Counted from the stretch's first letter, positions 8,562-16,454 are shown. The stretch: DNA of 64,000 nt from a bacterium (GCA_009924895.1 RFQR01000003.1:1066-65065), one strand, 5' to 3'. A program made the numbers and translations. Notes: a model not told the origin generated them from the letters alone.

Positions 8562-9232
8562 GATGGTTTGGCAAGCGCTAAGCCAGATAAAGCCATGAGC
8601 TTACGAGCTAAGAATACACCAAAACGCTTTTCTCCCAAACTTTTTACTGTTACATTCGCAGTCCCATGGGGTAACTTCCCTCTCTTTTTTGCTTTTTTGT
8701 CAGTTCTCTTATCAATCACGGGCGAATAAAACCGTACTCGCGGCACCCCAGTCTCTTTGATCCAAAATGTGTGAGCTGCATCTACATCAGTGTCAGGATA
8801 CAGGTGTAACCTAATCCATATATTGTCGTTTCTAACCCCAACTGCCTCAATAAACCAGCGGATCATGAATGCAACAGTCAAACTATGTGCATTTACAAAA
8901 CGTACAATGTTGTCAGATTTGATTCCTTCGCCAATATACAAACCAAGTCCTAATAGAAACAGGTCTCGTTGCGACAATAACCCTAAATCTGATAGAGCCT
9001 CTATTTTAGCTGATTCCAGCGACTTTTGTTTTTGAAGACTTTTAACAGCAGTTGACGCGGCGCGAGCTTTCCCGATGCGCTCCTTTGTTTCCTTGTTAGG
9101 AACATAAAGCACGCTTGAAGTCCAAATACTTACCGTACTTTTTGAAACCGCAAGTTGCAGCGCTATGTATGAGTATGAATGTCCAGCTTTCCGCAATTCA
9201 ATTGCCGCTAATTTAGATGTTATTTTCGTCAC
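8552..9232 (-). CDS. N-terminal HTH + LAGLIDADG-like domain protein (paralog 1); stop codon lies inside tRNA-Gly
   Basis: AIELRKAGHSYSYIALQLAVSKSTVSIW HTH; LGLGLYIGEGIK helix, RFVN, IRLHLY, FW, HGT; start GTG 9232 or ATG 9247. Confidence 0.75.
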   Translation of the reverse strand: MTKITSKLAAIELRKAGHSYSYIALQLAVSKSTVSIWTSSVLYVPNKETKERIGKARAASTAVKSLQKQKSLESAKIEALSDLGLLSQRDLFLLGLGLYIGEGIKSDNIVRFVNAHSLTVAFMIRWFIEAVGVRNDNIWIRLHLYPDTDVDAAHTFWIKETGVPRVRFYSPVIDKRTDKKAKKRGKLPHGTANVTVKSLGEKRFGVFLARKLMALSGLALAKPSRD

Positions 9233-9293
9233 ACCTATAGTATACATGTAAGAATCAAAGACAAAGGTTTGAATCGTATTGTATGATGCTTGG

Positions 9294-10463
9294 ATGACAT
9301 TATTGCGCCCCCGGCAACACACTCTTTTAATTGCCCTCGTTGCAGTAATGCTTGGATATCCCATGTTGAAAATGGAGCAAATTCATACGCAGGAAACTTT
9401 TGAAATGCAGGGTCAGACTGCGGCTGTGAGTACCCCAGAAAAAGCACTGCCTGAAAAAAGCAACGAGATAAACAAAGAAAGATCGGGGCTTCCGACTTCC
9501 CCGATACCTCCAAAAGCTTTGACAGCCACACCTTCATCTTCAGACATACGAAGAGTAGGGATCACGACTAAACCCAACCAAGCGCAACGACTCATTAATC
9601 CCTACCCCTTCCCTCCTTCTGCACCCGAAATTATAAATGCGCAAGCCCGTACGGCACTCATAAATATTATCTGTGCCGGCGAAAATTCTATTCAGCCTGT
9701 TTCGGGAAGCGGTGTTTTTATCGATCCACGGGGCATTATCCTTACCAACGCTCATGTCGCGCAGTACGTTTTGCTCTCCGAAGACCCCCGTGTAGACCTC
9801 TCATGCTCCATCCGCTCCGGCTCTCCCGCCGAATCTCGATTTCGGGCTCGCGTGTTACACCTTCCGCGTTCATGGGTCGAGGAACACGCTGATGAAATCA
9901 ATAAAAGCAGGATCAAGGGTACCGGAGAACACGACTATGCGCTCCTTTTGATTACCGCCGGTGTCGACTCTCCCCTTCCCAGTACTTTTCCCTTCATACC
10001 TATCGATGCACGTGAGGCAATCGCCTTTACGGATGATACTGTCCTCACCGCAAGTTACCCTGCAGAATTTACAGGAGGACTTATAACACAGCGTGAGTTG
10101 TATGCTGTGAGTGCATGGGCACATATAACTGAATTGCATACCTTCAGGACAGGAACTGTTGACGCTTTTTCCCTGAGCAGTACAGTCGGCAGCCAGAGCG
10201 GTTCCTCTGGTGGCCCCGTTGTTAATGGCTGGCAACGTCTTGTTGGGATTATCACCACAATGAGCGGCGGGACTGCGACTGCAGACCGAAGCCTCCAGGC
10301 AATTAGTCTTGCCAGTATTTCTCGTGATATGCAAACTGATACCGGCTCGACATTAGAGCAATTTCTTACCCAAAATATTGAGGATCTGCTGGAGCGATTT
10401 GAAAAAATACGCAGCGAACTTTTGAATACTCTTGTAGCCCCGCTGTTGAAGCAACCTCGTTAG
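9294..10463 (+). CDS. Membrane-anchored or secreted trypsin-like serine protease
   Basis: N-terminal hydrophobic segment; GSGVFI, LTNAHV, HDYALL, GSSGGPV catalytic motifs. Confidence 0.85.
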   Translation: MTLLRPRQHTLLIALVAVMLGYPMLKMEQIHTQETFEMQGQTAAVSTPEKALPEKSNEINKERSGLPTSPIPPKALTATPSSSDIRRVGITTKPNQAQRLINPYPFPPSAPEIINAQARTALINIICAGENSIQPVSGSGVFIDPRGIILTNAHVAQYVLLSEDPRVDLSCSIRSGSPAESRFRARVLHLPRSWVEEHADEINKSRIKGTGEHDYALLLITAGVDSPLPSTFPFIPIDAREAIAFTDDTVLTASYPAEFTGGLITQRELYAVSAWAHITELHTFRTGTVDAFSLSSTVGSQSGSSGGPVVNGWQRLVGIITTMSGGTATADRSLQAISLASISRDMQTDTGSTLEQFLTQNIEDLLERFEKIRSELLNTLVAPLLKQPR

Positions 10464-10464
10464 C

Positions 10465-10632
10465 TCGTGTCGGGCCGCTGGGAATCGGTCAGGTATATTA
10501 ATTCTGTCGTCACAGAATTATTTGCACGACCCTGACTCGGCTGTTTTGCTTATGCGCAAAACATGCCTCCGTCTTTCGATTCCCAACGCAGCGGTGTACT
10601 GACACTACTGCTGCGACCCGCACACACTTCGT
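10465..10632 (-). mobile_element. tRNA-trailing structured element, copy 2 (tRNA-Pro TGG), ending in a 23-bp duplicate of the tRNA 3' end
   Basis: TCGTGTCGGGCCGCTGGGAATCG at 10465-10487 and 10633-10655; full conserved core. Confidence 0.75.
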
Positions 10633-10637
10633 TCGTG

Positions 10638-10708
10638 TCGGGCCGCTGGGAATCGAACCCAGTCTACATGGTCCCAAACCATGCGTACTACCGGTATACT
10701 ACGGCCCG
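10638..10708 (-). tRNA. tRNA-Pro (TGG), CCA not encoded
   Basis: CGGGCCGTAGTATACCGGTAGTACGCATGGTTTGGGACCATGTAGACTGGGTTCGATTCCCAGCGGCCCGA. Confidence 0.95.
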
Positions 10709-10814
10709 CTCTTTGAAAACAGTCGAATAGTACCACATTGCACGCTGATTGGCTATTTGAAGCTGAAAATACTCGACTTTTTAGTGTTTCGCGGGACTGA
10801 TTTATAAAAGACAT

Positions 10815-11195
10815 CTAAAGGACATTCTCCGTAAATCTGCATTGCGCCCTCTTTTGCTCGGTATTTAAAAATACCGCAATGACATCTACCTGTGCTTCTG
10901 AGTTGGGGTACTTTTCTCGTAAATAGAACTCACCTGCTTTTCGAATCTTTTCCACCTTTCTTGGATCCACCTTCTCTTCTGGGTCCATCATTTCACGTGA
11001 AAAAGCCGAATCGGGTTCACGTGTAACGCTTTTAACCTCAACAAAGTGAATAACTCCTTCCTTCTTTGCAATAATATCCACCTCTCCCCATGGCTTACGA
11101 TAGCCTGTTTCAATGATTCGAAAGCCTTTTTGCTCTAAGAATCTGCAGGCGATTAACTCGCCTGTACCACCCCATTTTTTATTTTCACTTTTCAC
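10815..11195 (-). CDS. yraN: YraN family PD-(D/E)xK nuclease-like protein
   Basis: GELIACRFL..KGF, GEVDIIA, FVEVK, QVDVIAV. Confidence 0.88.
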   Translation of the reverse strand: MKSENKKWGGTGELIACRFLEQKGFRIIETGYRKPWGEVDIIAKKEGVIHFVEVKSVTREPDSAFSREMMDPEEKVDPRKVEKIRKAGEFYLREKYPNSEAQVDVIAVFLNTEQKRAQCRFTENVL

Positions 11196-11402
11196 GTGAA
11201 ATAGTGTATCACCTTGATAAAGCTCTATTTTAATCTTTTCACGTGAAATGGTCTTTCATTCGCAACTACAGCTACCTTCAGAGTTTTCAGTACAAAACAA
11301 TGTTCCTGCTTATCCGCATAGTAGAGCCACAACGTATTTCACAAGAAACGTATTTATTGCTACGTAGGCAATACTCAGACGAGTGAACCATTTCACGTGA
11401 AA
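10991..11402. repeat. Cluster of parS-like palindromes
   Basis: TTTCACGTGAAA at 10991, 11190, 11237, 11391; degenerate copies at about 11015 and 11337; this is the core of the parS consensus TGTTTCACGTGAAACA. Confidence 0.75.
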
Positions 11403-11516
11403 ATATGTTTCTTAAGTAACATACTAATGAACAACAATGAAAATCTGTTTTATCCATGTTTAACGCCCTACTATCCTGCTATGGTACAAAATACTGACTT
11501 TTACATCTTTTGTCCT

Positions 11517-11555
11517 TTATCCACATATCCCCACAGTTTTCCACAGTTATGCACA
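11517..11555 (+). promoter_or_regulatory. Four co-oriented DnaA-box-like 9-mers at exact 10-bp period
   Basis: TTATCCACA 11517, ATCCCCACA 11527, TTTTCCACA 11537, TTATGCACA 11547. Confidence 0.7.
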
Positions 11556-11692
11556 TTCTTCCCCTATTAGGACGTTATGCGTCTAGCCAATCTTTACCAG
11601 CCAACCAGGGGTATAGAGGCTCTTTCAAAAATTGTGACTTGACAAGAACACTTCTTTTGTAATAGGGTGGCGACACATCCTTGCTATTTCAT

Positions 11693-12631
11693 ATGAACCA
11701 TCTTCTTTCTCGTGGCCTCCTGAGTACCTGTTTGGGGATTGTTGTTTTTCTAAGTCTTAGCGCTACTGCGCACGCTGACGTATCCAGCGTTGTGGTTACA
11801 AAAACTCTTGGTACCGGTTCATGTACCCCTCTTATGGTTTCAGCAATTCGCCCCTATATCTACGACGGCAATTTGCACTCTTTTGATATAACAGTGCGCG
11901 ATAATTCGAATGTTGTCATCACCGGCATAGCGGGTACAGAGGCTATACCATTTGAGGCACTATCACGATGGGGTACTGGCGTCCCAGGAGAAATACGAAT
12001 GCACGTTGATGTAGACACAACGAGTCTGGTACGCGCTCTCCCCGTCACCGTTACCATGATTTCAACCAAAGGGCAGGGGAGTCCGATCTGTATTTCTAAT
12101 GTCCAGTTTGTGCTTCCGTCGCAAAAGCCAATACCTGAGCCTCAGGCGCCAGCGCTTCCAAACCCTGTCTCATACACACCGACAATAAGTGTCATACCTA
12201 AAAATGAAATCCCTTCAGCACCCTCTACCGGTAAGACACCGACATCAAAATCCGATAGCAGGGAAGGGGAAGTTGCCCAGAAACCTACCCCCGGTGTATC
12301 CGTAACGAGCGCACTCACACAATCACTAAAGCGCGCCTGCGAGACACAACGATCGTCGCAGACTATTTGGGGACTCCTCCTCCTTGGATATGCGCTTTTT
12401 GCTGCCTATATTGCACTTATAAAGCCAGGCTTCCTCGCACGCTCACTTGAGGGACTTGCCGCAGCTATTGTGCTTCCGTTCATTGCACTCGTCGGATTCT
12501 GGTACTTCGCTGAACACTGCCGAGGAGCGGAGTGGGTGCAGCTTTTAACACCCGCTATCGCTTTGATAGCGCTTGTGGTTGCGTTTTGGGAAGAAGAGAA
12601 GGCACAGACTCTACCCTTGCTGCCTCGATAA
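11693..12631 (+). CDS. Hypothetical surface protein: signal peptide, beta-rich domain, Pro/Ser/Thr linker, three C-terminal TM helices
   Basis: AHA signal cleavage motif, low-complexity linker, hydrophobic C-terminus; TTGACA...TAATAG promoter-like sequence upstream. Confidence 0.7.
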   Translation: MNHLLSRGLLSTCLGIVVFLSLSATAHADVSSVVVTKTLGTGSCTPLMVSAIRPYIYDGNLHSFDITVRDNSNVVITGIAGTEAIPFEALSRWGTGVPGEIRMHVDVDTTSLVRALPVTVTMISTKGQGSPICISNVQFVLPSQKPIPEPQAPALPNPVSYTPTISVIPKNEIPSAPSTGKTPTSKSDSREGEVAQKPTPGVSVTSALTQSLKRACETQRSSQTIWGLLLLGYALFAAYIALIKPGFLARSLEGLAAAIVLPFIALVGFWYFAEHCRGAEWVQLLTPAIALIALVVAFWEEEKAQTLPLLPR

Positions 12632-12711
12632 CATTCTTTACTTGTAAAAAGAGCCCCGTACGGGCTCTTTTTGCTTTTACAATGAAAAAAATATGCTATA
12701 GTCCCGTCATC

Positions 12712-12782
12712 GCGGGCATAGTTTAGTGGTAGAACGATACCTTGCCAAGGTATAGATCGGAGTTCGATTCTCCGTGCCCGCA
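12712..12782 (+). tRNA. tRNA-Gly (GCC), CCA not encoded
   Basis: GCGGGCATAGTTTAGTGGTAGAACGATACCTTGCCAAGGTATAGATCGGAGTTCGATTCTCCGTGCCCGCA. Confidence 0.95.
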
Positions 12783-12988
12783 CAAAACAATAAGCGAAGC
12801 GTTTGTTTTGGCTGGCACAGGAAAGTGCCTGCGCACTTTCCGTGGAGAATCGAAAAGCGGAATCATGTTTTTGCAGCAGCAAAAACGGATGAGCTAGGGT
12901 CGTGCGGCTTTGTGTGCGGCGGCGCACAAAGAACGCCTGACCGATCGAGTGCCCTCCATGCTTGGGAGATTCGAGTGACTGCACAAAA
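12783..12988 (+). mobile_element. tRNA-trailing structured element, copy 3 (tRNA-Gly GCC), with degenerate 3' duplication
   Basis: GGAGAATCGAAAAGCGGAATCATGTTTTTGC-AGCA-GCAAAAACGGATGAGCTAGGGTCGTG-hairpin-CCTGACCGAT aligns with copy 2. Confidence 0.7.
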
Positions 12989-12993
12989 GAGCT

Positions 12994-13470
12994 TTAGGTT
13001 GAAATAATGTCATTTTTACCGACGAAGTAACCCTCGGTCATTTCAAGTTCTATTGGTTCAGATAAATATTGAATTGTATTTTTCGCAACTGCATTTTCAA
13101 TGAGTTGATTGGAGTATACAGGACTCACACCTTCTGAACACGAGAGGGTAATGTGAGGGTATTTATTAGTTGATTTCGGGTTTTCGACCAGCAACGCATC
13201 ACCACGCTCATCTGATATACGTGCAAGAACTTTTATTCGACATTTACGCCCAACATCGATACCGTCAACTGAGCCTGGTTAAAAAGCGATTGTTGAGTGG
13301 TGCGCCAGAACTCGTTTATGTTTCGGTGGGAATTGCGAAATGAGGTCCGGGACGTTATTTACAAACAGAGCTGTGTAGACCGGTACTATCGCTTCTGCTT
13401 TTTCTAGCCCCTTACGATAAAAATGGTTTCCAATTTTACAACATCTCCCGCCCGTGGCTTTTCTTTCATG
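12994..13470 (-). pseudogene. 2H phosphoesterase-like gene (tRNA-ligase CPDase-like) with in-frame TAA and disrupted 5' end
   Basis: ORFs 13279..13497 and 12994..13194 share a frame across TAA 13279-13281; HHSTIAF and PHITLS are the paired HxT motifs. Confidence 0.6.
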
Positions 13471-13540
13471 GTGACATTCTAGCATCCTACGCAACATGAC
13501 TATAGGTCACAGATATTTGCTTACCTCGGCAAAAAGGGTC

Positions 13541-13820
13541 TTTTGTGGTCAGAGATAATTTCTGCTCCGTCGAGCAGAAATTTCCACGACCCTGCCTCCG
13601 CCGTTTTCTCTGCTGAGAAAACATGCGTCCAACTTGCACAAAAGCAGAAAACCTGGCGTTAGCCAGGCTTTCTGTTTTTAGGTGGTCAGGAATAATGCAC
13701 TTGTCGCCACTCATGCATTTTCCCGACCCGGACTCGTCCGTTTTTGCTACTGCAAAAACATGACTCCGTCTTGCACTACGCGAAAAGAGACTGGCGCAGG
13801 CCAGTCTCTTTTCGTCTTAG
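13541..13820 (-). repeat. Two tandem copies (about 137-bp period) of the tRNA-trailing structured element after tRNA-Arg
   Basis: Both units carry CATGTTTT-hairpin-AAAACGG, GGGTCG-hairpin-CTGACCAC and a CTGGC-loop-GCCAG hairpin. Confidence 0.75.
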
Positions 13821-13892
13821 TGCACCCGTCAGGACTTGAACCTGAAATAGCGCTTCCGAAGAGCGCCGTGATATCCATTTCACCACGGGTGC
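13821..13892 (-). tRNA. tRNA-Arg (TCG), CCA not encoded
   Basis: GCACCCGTGGTGAAATGGATATCACGGCGCTCTTCGGAAGCGCTATTTCAGGTTCAAGTCCTGACGGGTGCA. Confidence 0.93.
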
Positions 13893-13904
13893 AGTGTGAG
13901 AACT

Positions 13905-14582
13905 CTATCGTTTTTTTACGAAATGTGCAAAAAGCAACTTCTGAAAAAATTGCATGGTGCGAAGTGTTCTTATTCCTGGAATTTCCAACCTTAAGCAACC
14001 TTTGTAGTTAGGTCTCTTTTTGTATTGCAATCCGGTTGGTTTATAAATCGTTTTCAAGAACTGCCCCAGCGGAACCCCGAGCTCTTTGGACCACCACTCT
14101 TCACACCGCTCGTGCGCGTATGACTTATGAATATACAAGCGGAATCTCATCTCATTTTTGGAAAACTTCAAAAACTTTTCTGCCCAGAGAACGATAACAT
14201 TCATCATTTCGCTATCAGAGTTAACAAACTGGAATGCACTGCTTCTCTTTGCTCCCTCAGCCCAGTACAGAGAAACTCCGGCGGTGAAAAAAGAATCCTC
14301 GGCAAAGTTTGTAAACATATGTTCGCATTCTTTAAACAATATTGCTTCCCTAGCAAGTCGTGCATTTCTGTGAGCGGATGCTGCACGTATTCTACCTTTT
14401 GTTACATTTTTACTAACTCGATTCAGGAGTGACCTCTTCTCGTCTTTTGTTAAAGGAAAATCTTTGAGCCACAGTGACAGTAAACTTTTTGCAACGGGCA
14501 GTATTTGTCGTATCTCACGGTAACTCAAGCCCCTCCTTCTTAATTGCATAGCCTGCTCTCTTTCTGAAACCAGTTTCCTCAT
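13905..14582 (-). CDS. N-terminal HTH + LAGLIDADG-like domain protein (paralog 2), ending 12 nt before tRNA-Arg
   Basis: AMQLRRRGLSYREI...VAKSLLSLWL HTH; AGVSLYWAEGAK helix, QFVNSD, FRLYIH, WW, YKGC. Confidence 0.78.
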   Translation of the reverse strand: MRKLVSEREQAMQLRRRGLSYREIRQILPVAKSLLSLWLKDFPLTKDEKRSLLNRVSKNVTKGRIRAASAHRNARLAREAILFKECEHMFTNFAEDSFFTAGVSLYWAEGAKRSSAFQFVNSDSEMMNVIVLWAEKFLKFSKNEMRFRLYIHKSYAHERCEEWWSKELGVPLGQFLKTIYKPTGLQYKKRPNYKGCLRLEIPGIRTLRTMQFFQKLLFAHFVKKR

Positions 14583-14644
14583 GTACATAACAATAACACA
14601 AGGTTCATATAGTGCTTTGGGTGCTTGTGTATTACAATTTGCCC

Positions 14645-16108
14645 ATGCACCAGCTTCACATTCCCCATGAAGTTCGCGCGCTGTGCGAGCAACTCAAAGC
14701 AGCGGGGTATGAGTGCTACCTTGTGGGCGGGTGTGTGCGCGATTTATTGCTTCATCGGGAACCAAAAGACTGGGATATAACCACAAACGCTACCCCCGAA
14801 CAGGTACAGGCAGTATTCCCCGACTCATTCTATGAAAACGACTATGGCACCGTGGGGGTCAAAACAGGGTCTGAAAATGCAAAATTAGCAGTAGTGGAGA
14901 TAACGCCGTACCGCACCGAGGGGTCATACACGAATGCGAGGCATCCCGATCATGTTTCATGGAGTACGATGCTCTCAGAAGACCTTAAACGGCGAGATTT
15001 TACGATAAACGCGATCGCCTATGATGCACTTGCACACACTCTCGTGGATGAGCATGGAGGACAGACAGATCTGCAGCGCAAAGTATTGGTAACGGTAGGG
15101 GATCCGCATGCTCGTTTTACGGAAGATGCCCTGCGCATGCTCCGAGCAATACGGCTTTCAGTAGAACTTGATTTTGCACTCGATGGCACAACCGCCACGG
15201 CGATAGCCGAACAGTCGACGCATCTTGAGAAGATATCAAAAGAGCGTATTCGAGACGAATTTTCTCGACTAATCCTGAGTGATCGACCGATGCAAGCCCT
15301 GTATGTCGCCCAGAAACTCGGCGTTTTGAAACATATTGTGCCCGAGCTGGAAGAGGGAATAGGGTGCGATCAAAACCAAGCTCACTCATTCGATGTGTTT
15401 GAGCACAACCTCCGTTCACTGCAGCATGCAGCGGATAAGAACTGGTCGCTCCAAGTACGACTCGCTGCGCTCCTGCATGATGTAGGAAAACCAGCGGCGC
15501 GTAGATGGGGGGATGAAAAGAGGGACTGGACCTTCCATGGTCATGAGGTACTTGGCGCACGCATGGCCGAGAAAATCTTGAAAACACTAGTGTTTCCGAA
15601 GGATATCATCCAAGTGGTAACTTCGTTGGTGCGCTGGCACATGTTTTTTGCTGATCCGGACCAGGTGACACTCTCTGCAGTACGCCGCATCATCACCAAC
15701 GTAGGAAAAGAACACATTACTGACTTGCTTCACCTGCGCATGTGCGACCGCATAGGAACAGGGCGACCGAAAGAACAGCCCTTTCGCTTGCGCAAATACA
15801 TGGCAATGGTCGACGAAGCACTTCGTGACCCAATCACGGTTGGGATGCTCAAAATTGATGGTACGAAGCTCCTTGCTATGGGGGAAAAACCGGGGCCGCG
15901 CATCGGATGGACACTCCACGCGCTCCTTGAGGAGGTTCTCGATAATCCCGAAAAAAACACTTCCGAATATCTTGACAAGCGAGCAAAAGAATTGTTTATA
16001 CTAAATGAAGCCGAGCTCCGATCTCTCGGAGAGGCGGGAAAGGAAAGGCGTGGAAAGGAAGATGAGGCTGCAGTTGCGGCACTACGAACACATCACCACG
16101 TAGCATAA
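14645..16108 (+). CDS. cca: CCA tRNA nucleotidyltransferase with HD domain
   Basis: VGGCVRD, DWD, RRDFTINA, EDALRMLRA, LLHDVGK. Confidence 0.93.
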   Translation: MHQLHIPHEVRALCEQLKAAGYECYLVGGCVRDLLLHREPKDWDITTNATPEQVQAVFPDSFYENDYGTVGVKTGSENAKLAVVEITPYRTEGSYTNARHPDHVSWSTMLSEDLKRRDFTINAIAYDALAHTLVDEHGGQTDLQRKVLVTVGDPHARFTEDALRMLRAIRLSVELDFALDGTTATAIAEQSTHLEKISKERIRDEFSRLILSDRPMQALYVAQKLGVLKHIVPELEEGIGCDQNQAHSFDVFEHNLRSLQHAADKNWSLQVRLAALLHDVGKPAARRWGDEKRDWTFHGHEVLGARMAEKILKTLVFPKDIIQVVTSLVRWHMFFADPDQVTLSAVRRIITNVGKEHITDLLHLRMCDRIGTGRPKEQPFRLRKYMAMVDEALRDPITVGMLKIDGTKLLAMGEKPGPRIGWTLHALLEEVLDNPEKNTSEYLDKRAKELFILNEAELRSLGEAGKERRGKEDEAAVAALRTHHHVA

Positions 16109-16155
16109 GTATAAAAGACAAAAACCATCCAGACAGTATGGATGGCCTTGAAAGA

Positions 16156-16226
16156 AGAGGCCGACTGACGGAACGGTTGCAAGTTGTTTCTTTTTCTTTT
16201 GCAACCGCCTACGTCAGGCGGCCTCA
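16156..16226. other. Long imperfect hairpin
   Basis: GAGGCCG-A-CTGACG-GAA-CGGTTGCAA...TTGCAACCG-CCTA-CGTCAG-G-CGGCCTC. Confidence 0.6.
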
Positions 16227-16245
16227 TTCACAGGATTCTTTGCTA

Positions 16246-16320
16246 TTATATTATTTTGTTCTTTTTCTTGGGTTTTTTGTACTTTCTTTTCCAAGCGGTG
16301 AAGACGAGTGGTCCTCCCAT
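16246..16320 (-). CDS. Candidate 24-aa Lys-rich peptide MGGPLVFTAWKRKYKKPKKKNKII
   Basis: Translated by hand; TTGACG-N16-TACCAT promoter-like element about 90 nt upstream, long hairpin downstream. Confidence 0.35.
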   Translation of the reverse strand: MGGPLVFTAWKRKYKKPKKKNKII

Positions 16321-16454
16321 AAATATGCTCGAGAGTACACTGTATGCCCTTTTGGTGAACAATCTAACGTATTAGGCTCTTCGAATCCCAAAGAACCTCT
16401 GTCCTATATGGTATGTCCTTTATAAAAAGCGTCAAGGACATTGGTGTGGATAAC

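Noticed and set aside
8311-10708. tRNA-trailing elements as tRNA introns or split tRNAs
   Set aside because: The upstream tRNAs are already complete cloverleaves, and no group I/II intron core or bulge-helix-bulge motif is recognisable.
13541-13820. Tandem repeats as a CRISPR array
   Set aside because: Units are about 137 bp, diverged and internally structured, with no identical short repeats or unique spacers, and there are no cas genes in the window.
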